A stretch of 64,000 nt of DNA from positions 1 through 64,000 of the forward strand of contig JBGFRI010000046.1 in NCBI GenBank assembly GCA_041695225.1, in the 5' to 3' direction. This document shows, piece after piece, positions 1 through 11,097 of this stretch. The first letter of the stretch is position 1; the number at the start of each line of letters is the position of its first letter. Source of the stretch: Deinococcota bacterium. Lineage in GTDB: Bacteria > Deinococcota > Deinococci > Deinococcales > Thermaceae. A model generated the notes under the pieces. The model searched no databases and was not told where the DNA came from. It was given only the letters and a program-made list of their open reading frames with translations. The position numbers and the translations under genes were made by a program.

Positions 1-114
1 GATGATTGCTTTTATCAACAGTATAGCCTATTTCTGTATAGGACTGTTCCTTCTTTGGCACGCCCTCCGTCGGATCAAGACGCTTGGTCTGTTGGGAGGA
101 CACTAACAGGTGCG

Positions 115-567
115 CTCGAGCCCACCGCCTCGCTGGACATCGAGCTGCGGCAGAGCTTCTGGCGTAGCGTGATGCGCTTCAAGGCCCGTGGGGCCACCAT
201 CCTGTTCACCACCCACCACTTAGACGAGGCCGATACCTACGCCGAACGGATTGTGGTCATCCACCAGGGCAGGATACGGGCCGACGGTCCCAAGAGCGAG
301 ATCAAAGCCAGGGTGGCGGGCAAGCGGGTGCGCTGCAAGACCGTGCTTACGCCGGAACAGCTGCGCCAGGAGCCGCTGGTCCACGAGGTCAAGCCGGTGG
401 GTGGGCGGCTGGAGATCCTGACCGACAGACCCGAGCAGCTCATCCCCCGGCTTACTGCCCTGGACCCCGGTCTGAGTGAGCTCGAGGTGGACTCGGGGGT
501 GCTGGAGGAGGTCTTCTTGACCCTGCTGCGCGATAGCAAAGCCGAGGTGCGGGGGCCTTCACGGTAG
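115..567 (+). pseudogene. ABC transporter ATP-binding protein, C-terminal fragment
   Basis: EPTASLD (D-loop) and TTHHLDEA (H-switch) present, but no Walker A or signature motif upstream; similarity starts abruptly at a CTCGAG at 115; no permease follows. Confidence 0.75.
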
Positions 568-880
568 CACCGGTGCGGCCTTTAAGTATCTTATGCCCTA
601 ATCAAGAGACCCGCACAGCTAGTTGGTGCGGCTCTTGCGCCTTGTTCGTGATCTGGCGGATGCGCTTCCCCTGTGCCAGAATGATGGCTGGCGCTCATCC
701 CCAAGAGTTTCTCGAGCAGAGGGCCGTCAACCTGCCAGAAAATCGGGCCACGAGCAGCATCGGATCAACTCCACAGGTGTGCGGGATCGCTCCAGCGCGG
801 CTGCAAGATATCAGAGCGCAGGGGTTAGCGTGCGTGCCACGATCTGCGGTCTTGGCTGGATTTCGTGCTACACTTTCCAC

Positions 881-1102
881 ATGGGGCGCCAAGAAACCCT
901 TGCCGCAATTACCACAAAGCTGCCCGAGCTGCCTGATGAGAAGCTCGAGGCTCTGCTCGGCTGGGTCGAGCAGGAGGATGACCACTTCGAGCAACGGTTA
1001 CGGGCAGACGTTGCCGCCGGCAAACTCGACAATCTCATCGCCGAAGCCATCGCAGAGGATGAGGCGGGCGAAACGATAGACCTTGAAACATCGTGCCAGT
1101 AA
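881..1102 (+). CDS. Putative type II antitoxin (acidic, 73 aa)
   Basis: ATG at 881 preceded by TGCTACACT -10 box 6 nt upstream; acidic; overlaps the downstream toxin-like ORF. Confidence 0.7.
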   Translation: MGRQETLAAITTKLPELPDEKLEALLGWVEQEDDHFEQRLRADVAAGKLDNLIAEAIAEDEAGETIDLETSCQ

Positions 1103-1349
1103 GCGCTTCTGGAAACTGTTCAGCGACCTTCCGCAGCACCTCCTGCAGCAGGCGCGTAAGCAGTACACCTTGCTTCAGCAGAATCCGCAACACCCATCAC
1201 TGAGATTCAAACCAGTCGGCGGAGCGGTGTGGTCGGCAAGGGTCAACGACAACTACCGCGCTGTCGCGATAAAACGCGAATATCATTATCTTTGGATATG
1301 GATCGGATCTCACGATGACTATGACAAACTCGTGTTTTTACTTGGTTGA
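1083..1349 (+). CDS. RelE/ParE-like type II toxin
   Basis: 88 aa basic protein with NPxHPSLRFK, WSARVNDNYRA and WIGSHDDYD motifs typical of this family. Confidence 0.8.
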   Translation: MKHRASKRFWKLFSDLPQHLLQQARKQYTLLQQNPQHPSLRFKPVGGAVWSARVNDNYRAVAIKREYHYLWIWIGSHDDYDKLVFLLG

Positions 1350-1876
1350 GGAGCTAACATCGCACCACGCACAACTAGGGCAAAACACCCCGCGCGAACA
1401 CTAACAGATGCCCACCTATCGCAGCGATTATCTTGGGGAGGATGCAATTTGGCCGTGTTCATCATCTATCGGCGCCAAAGCCTTGTGAACAGCCCCGAGA
1501 CTACCCATGGGCCAGGTTCGCCAGGCCCTACCCTTCATAGCTCAAGCCCGGGTGCTTGTGCCTGAACACCGTTGCTGCATTTACGACTTGTGAAGGTCTG
1601 TGTTAGTCGGAAAATCGGGCAACGGTGTTTGATTCAGGCCATTTGCCCTGTCCCGGCAAAAACGCAAAGAATTTACTGTATGGCAACGCCTATGCTGGTA
1701 ACACCCCATCGAAGAACAGCGGGGTTTCGCTCGGCATCTGGACCAGGTTCGCCTTAGCCCCGAGGCTTGAGGAAGTGGTGCGTGCCGCACCCTAAAGGCT
1801 TGGCTGGGTCTAACCCAGCACTATTGGCCCGCAGACTGGGCATGTGCAGCCAGGGGTGCAGACATGACACCGAGGT

Positions 1877-2059
1877 TCAGGGTAGCTGCAAGTGCAACCA
1901 TACTCCTACAAGTGCACTCAACACCGCCAGGGCCAGCAGAAGCCGGGGGAGTGCCCGTAGGCCAGAATCGGTGCTGCTTCCAACCAAGGCTAACGAAGCC
2001 CATGTGACCAGTGCGCCAAAGAGAAACAAACCTGCAACCATGAACGCCCAAGCTGCCAT
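1877..2059 (-). CDS. Small two-helix membrane protein (60 aa)
   Basis: GGAGGT RBS before ATG at 2059; two hydrophobic stretches; directly downstream of the HTH gene. Confidence 0.55.
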   Translation of the reverse strand: MAAWAFMVAGLFLFGALVTWASLALVGSSTDSGLRALPRLLLALAVLSALVGVWLHLQLP

Positions 2060-2110
2060 ACCCAACCTCCACCTCGAGCCTGCCCGAGGTGAATGACAGA
2101 TGCAAGTAGG

Positions 2111-2671
2111 CTAGCTGTCATCAACCACAACCAGACCCAGACGAATCTTCTGGCCTGCTTCGCTGCCGGTATCGGGCGCCTTATTCACCTGCTGGATTAT
2201 GCTAGTTATGAGCTCCAGCACTACTGGCGTCAGGGTGGTCTGGCTAAGGTAGATTAGCGGCAGAACCCGAGGCCGGGCCTGAAGCGGCAGGCTGCTATCA
2301 AACCGAAAGAAGAACGACTTGTCTAAGTTATCCTCGGCCAGAACCTGGTTGAACCCGGCCCGGATTAGGGCTTCGAATTCCTTGACGATTTCATTCAAGG
2401 TTCTCTCTAAAAGCTCAGTTGAAACTTCACTGTAGGAAAGCTCGAGCCGCTCAGCGGCTGCTTGCAGGTAGACCTTGCGCCCTGAACGATAAGCTTCCCG
2501 TAAGAGCCCCAGTTTTTTGAGCGTTCGAACTCGATGGCCCAAGCGATTGGGCTTCTCTCCCAGCTTGCGAGCGGCCTCTGCTGCTGTGACAGGTTGCGAA
2601 AAAGCGCTCAGGGTTTGCGCCAGCTTGAGATTCAAAAGCGCACCCAGACTTTCTCGTTCAATCTTTTGCAT
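2111..2671 (-). CDS. Winged helix-turn-helix (ArsR-like) protein
   Basis: TAAEAARKLG..LGHRVRTLKKLGLL HTH pattern; ATG 2671 preceded by a TAAATT -10-like box. Confidence 0.7.
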   Translation of the reverse strand: MQKIERESLGALLNLKLAQTLSAFSQPVTAAEAARKLGEKPNRLGHRVRTLKKLGLLREAYRSGRKVYLQAAAERLELSYSEVSTELLERTLNEIVKEFEALIRAGFNQVLAEDNLDKSFFFRFDSSLPLQARPRVLPLIYLSQTTLTPVVLELITSIIQQVNKAPDTGSEAGQKIRLGLVVVDDS

Positions 2672-2736
2672 ACGACTGAATTTATACGCGTTGCACAGTG
2701 GCGCCAACAGCCTTCAATACACTGTGCTGTCGGGTT

Positions 2737-5523
2737 TTACAAAGCATTTAGCAGTTCACGCTGGCGCTCGATTAGGGCCAGCAGCCGCGAGAGTAGGGCT
2801 TTCTCGGCCAGGATGATCAGACCTTTTTGCTTTAAGGGTACCAGCACCAGCACCCACTGAGGCAGGGAAATTACCGCGAGCCGGGCCGACTCTCCGGCCA
2901 GCTCACTGGCTAAGTTGAGCAGATCGTCAAAGACCATCTGGGCGCTGCTGGGGGCAAAGGGCAGGCTTCCTGCCAGTACCCTGCCGGCCTCGATAAGGGC
3001 GGTGGCCTCCACTCCCCGGATATGAAACTGGGCCAGCACGTCGCTCTGGGCCGCTGGGGTAGGGTAGGGGGCCTGGAGTTGCTGTGGCAGGGTAGTTTCT
3101 GTGGGCTTGGAGGCTTGAGGCTGGGAAGGTTTGCTCAGTTGGGTGGCGGGGTCGAAAACGTCCAGTAGCGACTCGAGGTCGGCCCCCTTGAACCCCCGCA
3201 TCAGGCTCTGGGCGGCGGCGTACTCCTGGGCGAGCTGGGCTTCTAAGCGCTCGGCATCGGCCAGAGCCTTGCGTACCTCGAGCAGGCCGCTGACCCCCAG
3301 CCGGGGCAGGCGTTCAGAGGCCGAGAGCAGAAGGTCACACAGAGGTTTGATGCGCAGGGCGGTCTCGCCTCCCACGCTTTTGTGCGTCTGGTAGGCCTCG
3401 AGCAGGGCGTTAATGCGCCCACCCAGCTCGGCCCGCAGGGCTTCTTGGGCGCGGCGCAAGCGGCCCAGGAGCCCGTGAATCTCGCTCAGGTCGGGCAGTT
3501 CCCCGGCCTGGAGGTAGGTGCGGGCCTGGGCCACCTTGTCCTCCAGTTCCTCGCCGCCTAGCCCTTTCATGCTGCGAGCAGCCATCTCGTAGCGCGAGAG
3601 CTCCTCACCAATGGCGCTCCGGCGGGCCGTGACCAGCTCGTCCAGAGCACGCTCCAGCGGGGCGGGGTCTCCAATGCGACCCAGGGTCTGGGCATCGCGC
3701 ATAGCCTGCAAAGGCTGCTTGAGTTCGATCAGCGACTCTTTTAGGGTCTGCTCGAGGTGGAGGATGCGTGCCTCCAGGGCATCCAGCTTGCTCGCAACCA
3801 GCGCTCTGGCGCGACCTATCAGTTCATCTACGGCACGCTCGAGCTCGGCCAGACTGCCGCCTGTCTGTTCGATTAGAGTGAGCAGGTTTTTCTTATCTAG
3901 ATCGAGAATGTCCAGGGTAGGCAGGGCCTGTACCGCAGCCCGCAAACCCATGCGTTTTAGGCTTTCCTCCTCACGCTCACGGGCCAGCTGAGACAGAAGT
4001 TCGGAAAGTTGCTGACGCAAAGTCTGGAGCGAGGACTCGGAGACCTCGAGTCCGGCCAGAGCCGCCATGAAGGGCTCCACCAGGGGATGCCCACGGAAGG
4101 GAGAAAGGGAGTGCTCGGCTTCGGTCCGCAGGGTGGCCAGGCTGTGTTCGAGGCGGGCCTGGCGCTCCAATATTTCGTGGCTGGCTTTCTCTTGAGCCTC
4201 GAGTCCAGTTACAGCCCGGTCCAGATCGGCCAGTTCCAGCGGAATACCACCTGCTTGCAGGGTTTCTAACGCCACCGCCAGCCGAGCCTGCAACCCAGCA
4301 GTTTTTTCCGCTGGCAGGGTTAAGCGGGCCAGCCGGTCGGCCAGCCACTCGTAGCGCACCCGGGCTTCGGCAATTGCTTCGGCATGGGTGGCTTTGAGCA
4401 GCTCGCCGAAAGCCGCGAGGCGCTCACCCAGGGGCTTTCCTACGCTAAGCTCGGCCTGCAAGCCGGCCAGTTCGCTAGCAATTACTGGCATACCCAGCAC
4501 CACTCTGTAGCGCTCCTGGAAGGCCTCGAGATGCCGGGCATCCTCAGCCAGATCAATCTCGCGGATGCGCGACTGCTGCTCATCGGTGAGGGAGTCGAAG
4601 TCGAGGTCGAGCACCAGGGCCTCGTCGTCAAAACCTTCGGGCGCGGCCTCGAGCGCTTCTGGCCCCTCTGTGGTGGGGTCTGCCAGCACCACCTGTGGCT
4701 CGGTGGGGCGGTCTGATGCGGGTATATCTTCGATGGTATCGAGGGTTATAGCCATCTCGCTGGAGGGGTTTTGCACCACCGACGACTCCACCAGCTTACG
4801 CATGTCCGCGGCCAGTGAACGGGCCCGCTCGACTTCTGCTAAGGCCAGGGTTTCCTGGGCGTGGGCCTCTTGAATCTGGCGAAGAAGGTTTTCCAGGCGG
4901 CGAATCTTGGGGCCGCCCACGCTCTGCACGCGCTTTAAGGCTAGCTCGAGGTCGGCAATATCGCGGGTCTGGCGTAGCAGGGCCGACTGTAGTCTTTCTT
5001 CGAGCCCGGCCAGCACCTCCTGCCCCTCCCGCAGCAAAGCCCGCACCGACGAGGCCTCGGGGTCTTGTTTGATTGCGTTGATCAGGCCGCGCAAACGTCC
5101 CACCTCGGGCCAGTCCAGGTAGAGGCTGAAGCGTTTGAGCCCGGCCTCGAGGTCGGCCAGTACGCCTCTGGCATGAGCCGATAGCTTGGGCCCGCTGGGT
5201 TTAGCGCCGTTGTCCCCGCCGCTGGGTGGTCGCTGAAGCAAGCTTTGTGGCAGTTGCTGAAGCGAGCCTTCGAATCCCAAACCCTTGAGAATCTCTTCAA
5301 TACGGCTGCGAGCCGCGCTGGGGCTCATTTTGGTTTGCAGCTCGCGGTAGACCAGGCGCTTGAGAATTACCTCGGCCTGGGAGGCATCGAGGCTGTCTGG
5401 GCTGATGCCCAGCCGGCGCACGCCCTCTTCCAGCACCATGCGGGTGCGCTCGCCCAGCATGGGCTCGAGGGTTTTATTGAGAGTCTGATACAACGACAAG
5501 CCCTGACCTCCAGACAAAACCAT
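2737..5523 (-). CDS. Large coiled-coil protein with possible C-terminal Roadblock/LC7-like domain
   Basis: 928 aa ORF rich in L/E/A/R helices; Pro/Gln linker then a short alpha/beta C-terminal domain. Confidence 0.65.
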   Translation of the reverse strand: MVLSGGQGLSLYQTLNKTLEPMLGERTRMVLEEGVRRLGISPDSLDASQAEVILKRLVYRELQTKMSPSAARSRIEEILKGLGFEGSLQQLPQSLLQRPPSGGDNGAKPSGPKLSAHARGVLADLEAGLKRFSLYLDWPEVGRLRGLINAIKQDPEASSVRALLREGQEVLAGLEERLQSALLRQTRDIADLELALKRVQSVGGPKIRRLENLLRQIQEAHAQETLALAEVERARSLAADMRKLVESSVVQNPSSEMAITLDTIEDIPASDRPTEPQVVLADPTTEGPEALEAAPEGFDDEALVLDLDFDSLTDEQQSRIREIDLAEDARHLEAFQERYRVVLGMPVIASELAGLQAELSVGKPLGERLAAFGELLKATHAEAIAEARVRYEWLADRLARLTLPAEKTAGLQARLAVALETLQAGGIPLELADLDRAVTGLEAQEKASHEILERQARLEHSLATLRTEAEHSLSPFRGHPLVEPFMAALAGLEVSESSLQTLRQQLSELLSQLAREREEESLKRMGLRAAVQALPTLDILDLDKKNLLTLIEQTGGSLAELERAVDELIGRARALVASKLDALEARILHLEQTLKESLIELKQPLQAMRDAQTLGRIGDPAPLERALDELVTARRSAIGEELSRYEMAARSMKGLGGEELEDKVAQARTYLQAGELPDLSEIHGLLGRLRRAQEALRAELGGRINALLEAYQTHKSVGGETALRIKPLCDLLLSASERLPRLGVSGLLEVRKALADAERLEAQLAQEYAAAQSLMRGFKGADLESLLDVFDPATQLSKPSQPQASKPTETTLPQQLQAPYPTPAAQSDVLAQFHIRGVEATALIEAGRVLAGSLPFAPSSAQMVFDDLLNLASELAGESARLAVISLPQWVLVLVPLKQKGLIILAEKALLSRLLALIERQRELLNAL

Positions 5524-6000
5524 ACGATACCAGTACCAGCCCTAGTCTATAGCCCACCGAAAGATCTTGTGGTTCAAAACGGCATTAACAGACCTCGATA
5601 ACTGGATTAAGGCTGATTCAGTTTTCAGCACTAACTCGCTGCAGTACGCCAGGCAGTCGGAGGGCGGCTCTCATGCGGAAAATTACCGTGATCTGGAGGC
5701 GCTGTGGCCATCAATCGAACCCCCGAACCCCGCACCGATCCAGGTTGCCAAGCAAGCGCATGCCAGATGAAACAAGCATCTCAGGGCTCGACCCGCGCCC
5801 CGACCTGAGATCTGAGAGCTGCGCATTCGCTATAGGTATAAGTCGGTCAACGACTAACTTACCAGGCCGCTGAGCGGACCGGTTGTCTGGCAGCCTCGAG
5901 CAACGCGCCAAAAATACCCCACTGCTGCGGCAGTAACTCGGTGTGCCACTGTACCCCCAGTAGGTTACTGCTTTGCCGGAATCGCGTAAGCGAGTCGCCT

Positions 6001-6460
6001 CGTAGAAAGGGTGGCCCTCGAGCACTACCGCTTCTACAATGCCATCCCGCGCCGAGGCAATAGGTCGTAGTCCTGGGGCCAGGTTCTTGAGGTCCTGGTG
6101 ATGATACGAATTCACCCGGAAGCGTGGTTCGAACAGCCTGTTCAGTGGGCTATTGCCGGTCTGCTCAACGCTGTGGCCCAGTACTGGCGGCTCGGCCTTC
6201 TGGCTATGCTGTATGGTGCTAAACCCCTGTGTAGCCAGGTCCTGGTACAGACTGCCACCCAGGGCCACGTTCATCACCTGTATGCCGCCAAACCCCCAGA
6301 GTCGGGATGCCGTGCTGGGCGGTGTAGCGGACCACAAAAAGCTCCATGGCATTGCGTTCGGGGCTCACCTCCCCCATCTGCGGGAGGGGTTCTTCGCCAA
6401 AGTGGGCCGGGTCCAGGTCTACGCCACCAGGGAGCAGTACCCCATCCAGTTTGAGCAGTA
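6001..6460 (-). pseudogene. Peptidase C26 / gamma-glutamyl-GABA hydrolase family, disrupted
   Basis: Frame 1 gives LDGVLLPGGVDLDPAHFGE..IPTLGV; frameshift near 6290 at the expected GxCRG; frame 2 gives GIQVMNVALGGSLYQD..VNSYHHQ..GHPFY, truncated before VQWHPE. Confidence 0.85.
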
Positions 6461-6647
6461 TGGCAGGCAGCCTGTGGAGTAGGTGAATACGTAGTGGTCA
6501 CATCACTGTCCTGCTGCGGCCCTCCTGAGGGGGTAGGATTACAATACCTGCACCATGTCTTCCCAGCGCCCGCAGGTAGGGCTTTAGCAGGCCCAGATTT
6601 TGCTGCGAAAAGAGCCCTCGGTGCTGCGCGATTGAGGTGTCACTCCG

Positions 6648-7832
6648 ATGAGCATGCCCCAATCCTACACTGCTTTACGGCCCCAGTTTAAGCAAGCCCT
6701 CAGGGAAGCCGCCGACACCTTTCAGACCCCCTTCTATGCCTACGACCTGCAGTCCATTATCGAGCGAATAAGCTGGCTGCGAAAGGCTTTTCCTGGCGCA
6801 GAGGTGTTTTATGCCATGAAGGCCAATCCCCGCCTGGGAATCCTGCGACGGCTGTTGGAGCGGGGTATCTTTGTCGAGGCGGTTAGCCTGGGTGAGGTCT
6901 ACCGGGCCTACACCGCTGGTTTCCAGAGTATAGAGGTACTGCTGAACGGGCCGGTCAAGACCCCCGCTATGCTGGAGGAACTAAGCCAGCTTAGCACCCC
7001 GATTATCGGCCTCGATTCGCTGGCCGACCTCCGGCGGGTAGCCAGAATGCTGCCCAGAGCCCATGCAATCCTGCGGGTCAACCCCGACCTGCCCATTGTC
7101 ACCCACGAACATCTGGCTACCGGGCGCGGCGAGAGCAGGTTTGGCATCCTGCCCGAAGAGTTGGGCCAGGCCCTAGAGCTGGCCCGTCGGAACCGCCTGG
7201 AGGTACTGGGCCTGCACATTCATCTGGGTTCGGCTCTGGAGCACCCGCAGGATTTTCAGGGGGGCTACGCAGTGATGGACGGGCTATACCGCACTCATGG
7301 CCCCTTCCAGGTGATGAACCTGGGGGGCGGGTTTGGACTGGGGCTCGACCTGGACCGGGTGGGGACAGAAGCAACTGCCCTGGCCCAAAAGCACAAGGTT
7401 GAGCTGTGGCTCGAGCCAGGCCGTTACCTGGTTGCCGAGTCTGGGGTACTGGTCACCCGTACCTGGGGGGTCAAGCGAACCCGGCGCAACTATCTGCTGA
7501 CAGATGCCGGCATGAGCCACCTGATCCGGCCCATGCTCTATGGTGCGGTGCATCCGGTGGAACCGCTCTACACTTCTTTGCAGCACGAAACCTACGACCT
7601 GGCTGGGCCAGCCTGTGAGTCGGGCGATGTGCTGGCCCGCGACGTTCCGTTGCCTGAGCCCATGGAGGGAGATCTGCTGGCCATTCTGCAATGCGGGGCC
7701 TATGCCAGTAGCATGAGCAGCAACTACCTCGACACCCCGCACCCTGCCGAACTCTTATGGACCGAGAATGGCTGGGAGGTGATCCGCCGCCCGCAACGCT
7801 TGGAGGCGCTACTGGAGGATGAACTTCCATGA
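6648..7832 (+). CDS. lysA: Diaminopimelate decarboxylase-like PLP enzyme (fold III)
   Basis: YAMKAN (PLP lysine), HIHLGS, GGG, EPGRYL, GPACESGD, GAY motifs; GAGGTG RBS. Confidence 0.85.
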   Translation: MSMPQSYTALRPQFKQALREAADTFQTPFYAYDLQSIIERISWLRKAFPGAEVFYAMKANPRLGILRRLLERGIFVEAVSLGEVYRAYTAGFQSIEVLLNGPVKTPAMLEELSQLSTPIIGLDSLADLRRVARMLPRAHAILRVNPDLPIVTHEHLATGRGESRFGILPEELGQALELARRNRLEVLGLHIHLGSALEHPQDFQGGYAVMDGLYRTHGPFQVMNLGGGFGLGLDLDRVGTEATALAQKHKVELWLEPGRYLVAESGVLVTRTWGVKRTRRNYLLTDAGMSHLIRPMLYGAVHPVEPLYTSLQHETYDLAGPACESGDVLARDVPLPEPMEGDLLAILQCGAYASSMSSNYLDTPHPAELLWTENGWEVIRRPQRLEALLEDELP

Positions 7833-7930
7833 GTGATTTTCTTCTCTGACAGGAGTTGCAAGGTGGCAAAGGCCTTTCCTAGTATGTCAAGCAAACCAGC
7901 TGCTCGACAGGTAAATCCCCCAGTTTACGG

Positions 7931-7966
7931 CCTCCCCCCTTGGTAAAAGGGGGGGTAGGGGGGATC
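7931..7966. repeat. CCCCCCTT-n-AAGGGGGG palindromic repeat
   Basis: cctccccccttggtaaaagggggggtaggggggat; related copy at about 61911-61941. Confidence 0.6.
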
Positions 7967-8003
7967 GAGCCCCCGCGTAATGGTGGCAAAAACGTGCATT
8001 TCC

Positions 8004-8145
8004 GTCATAGCGACCCTGACGTGCAGCCGAAGAAGAAGGGCAAGCAATCCAGATCACCCCAGCGGCTGATGGATTTACGACTCCCTTCTAAATTGCCTGG
8101 TTGGCCCACGGGCCTCCTCGCAATGAGGGGGTGGGGGTGACCTGC
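8004..8145. repeat. Palindromic intergenic element (GTCATxGCGA..AAGCAATCC..CTCGCAATGA)
   Basis: Aligns along its length with the copy at 52011-52170; ends are inverted repeats. Confidence 0.8.
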
Positions 8146-8276
8146 GGCCTGAGCGTGGCCTCCTCTCAAAGACGGCAGGAATAGGGGGTTACTGCCTGAA
8201 AACGGAGGGGAGAGCTTTGGGTCAGGCCTCGGGCCTATCACTAGACCGCTAGCCCGACTCTTTGTAGCCTGAGGGT

Positions 8277-8622
8277 ATGCGGCTCAAAATAAAATTCTGG
8301 CTCGAGTCAGATACCGGAGACTTCGTTCTGGGTCCCGGTACGCTAAATCTGCTGCTGGCAGTTGCCGAGCAAGGTAGTCTTAAGGCCGGGGCCAGGGCTG
8401 CCGGGCTGAGCTACCGGGCTGCCTGGGAGCGGCTGAAAAAAGCCGAGGCTGGGCTGGGTTTCCCCTTGCTTCAGCGCTTCTCCGGTGGTGAGGGCGGCGG
8501 AGGCAGCACCCTCACGGCAGAGGGGCTGGAGCTGGTCGAGCGGTACCGCAGCTTTGTGCAGAGCATCCAGGGAAGCCTCGAGGCCCGCTGGGCGCAGGCC
8601 ATCGCAGGCTGGCCCAATGCGG

Positions 8623-8639
<17 letters not shown>
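8277..8639 (+). CDS. Stand-alone ModE-type winged-helix regulator
   Basis: [18 protein letters not shown] and [11 protein letters not shown] motifs of the ModE N-terminal domain; TAGCCT -10 box 6 nt before ATG. Confidence 0.85.
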
Positions 8640-10491
<1,852 letters not shown>

Positions 10492-10890
10492 ACTGTGACC
10501 TCCATTGTGCGCCCGCCAAGCGGGTGATGCGTAATCGTCCGATTATATACCGGCGAGCCAAGGCTCGTTAACTGAAGTATAAAGTAGGCGCTTTTGGCCC
10601 CGTCCATGCTGCTGTCCTAGCCCATATGGTACTCAATCACAGAATGTGGAATGAGTCCTGGGGCCTAAACTTCAGATAGACCCAAACACTTCACTCACCG
10701 AGAGATAATCCTGCCCTTCGAGACTGATTGCTACGCCAAACCCTATTACAGGAGGCAGCCTGATCGGGGTAGAAAACCAAGTGGATGTGTTCTGGAATCC
10801 CGTACTAACCCTTTTCCTCGGCGGCCTAAAAAAGCGCGTCCTGCTGGTTAGAGTTGTTTTGACTCCCAGGGTGCGGGGCTGACCTAAGGT

Positions 10891-10973
10891 GTCTGAGTCG
10901 AAAGTGTGGTGACGTATTCTACGATGGCCTCACGCCGCCGACCTAGAGCCGGAAAGGCAAGAACTATTCGTCA
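10891..10973. repeat. Dispersed about 83-nt element, copy A
   Basis: GTCTGaGTCGAAAGT..GCCGGAAAGGCAAGAACTATTCGTCA; aligns with 21849-21913 and 31473-31554. Confidence 0.75.
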
Positions 10974-11097
10974 TGTATCTATGGGGTCGACGATTAGGCT
11001 ACTGTGGCTACGGTGTGGATGCGATTTTCTTTGACGAATGGAAGGTGAGCCAGCTTACTGCTCAGGGCATCAGGCTTTCCGCTTTATGATGGGGGCA

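Noticed and set aside
623..880. N-terminal extension of the antitoxin ORF
   Set aside because: The -10 box placement supports ATG 881, and the extension looks non-coding
1350..1800. Short ORFs after the toxin gene
   Set aside because: No homology recognised; probably eroded remnants
5711..6352. 213-aa ORF as an intact gene
   Set aside because: Only the middle is C26-like; both ends are out-of-frame or unrelated sequence
6480..6647. Lysine riboswitch upstream of the lysA-like gene
   Set aside because: No recognisable conserved core
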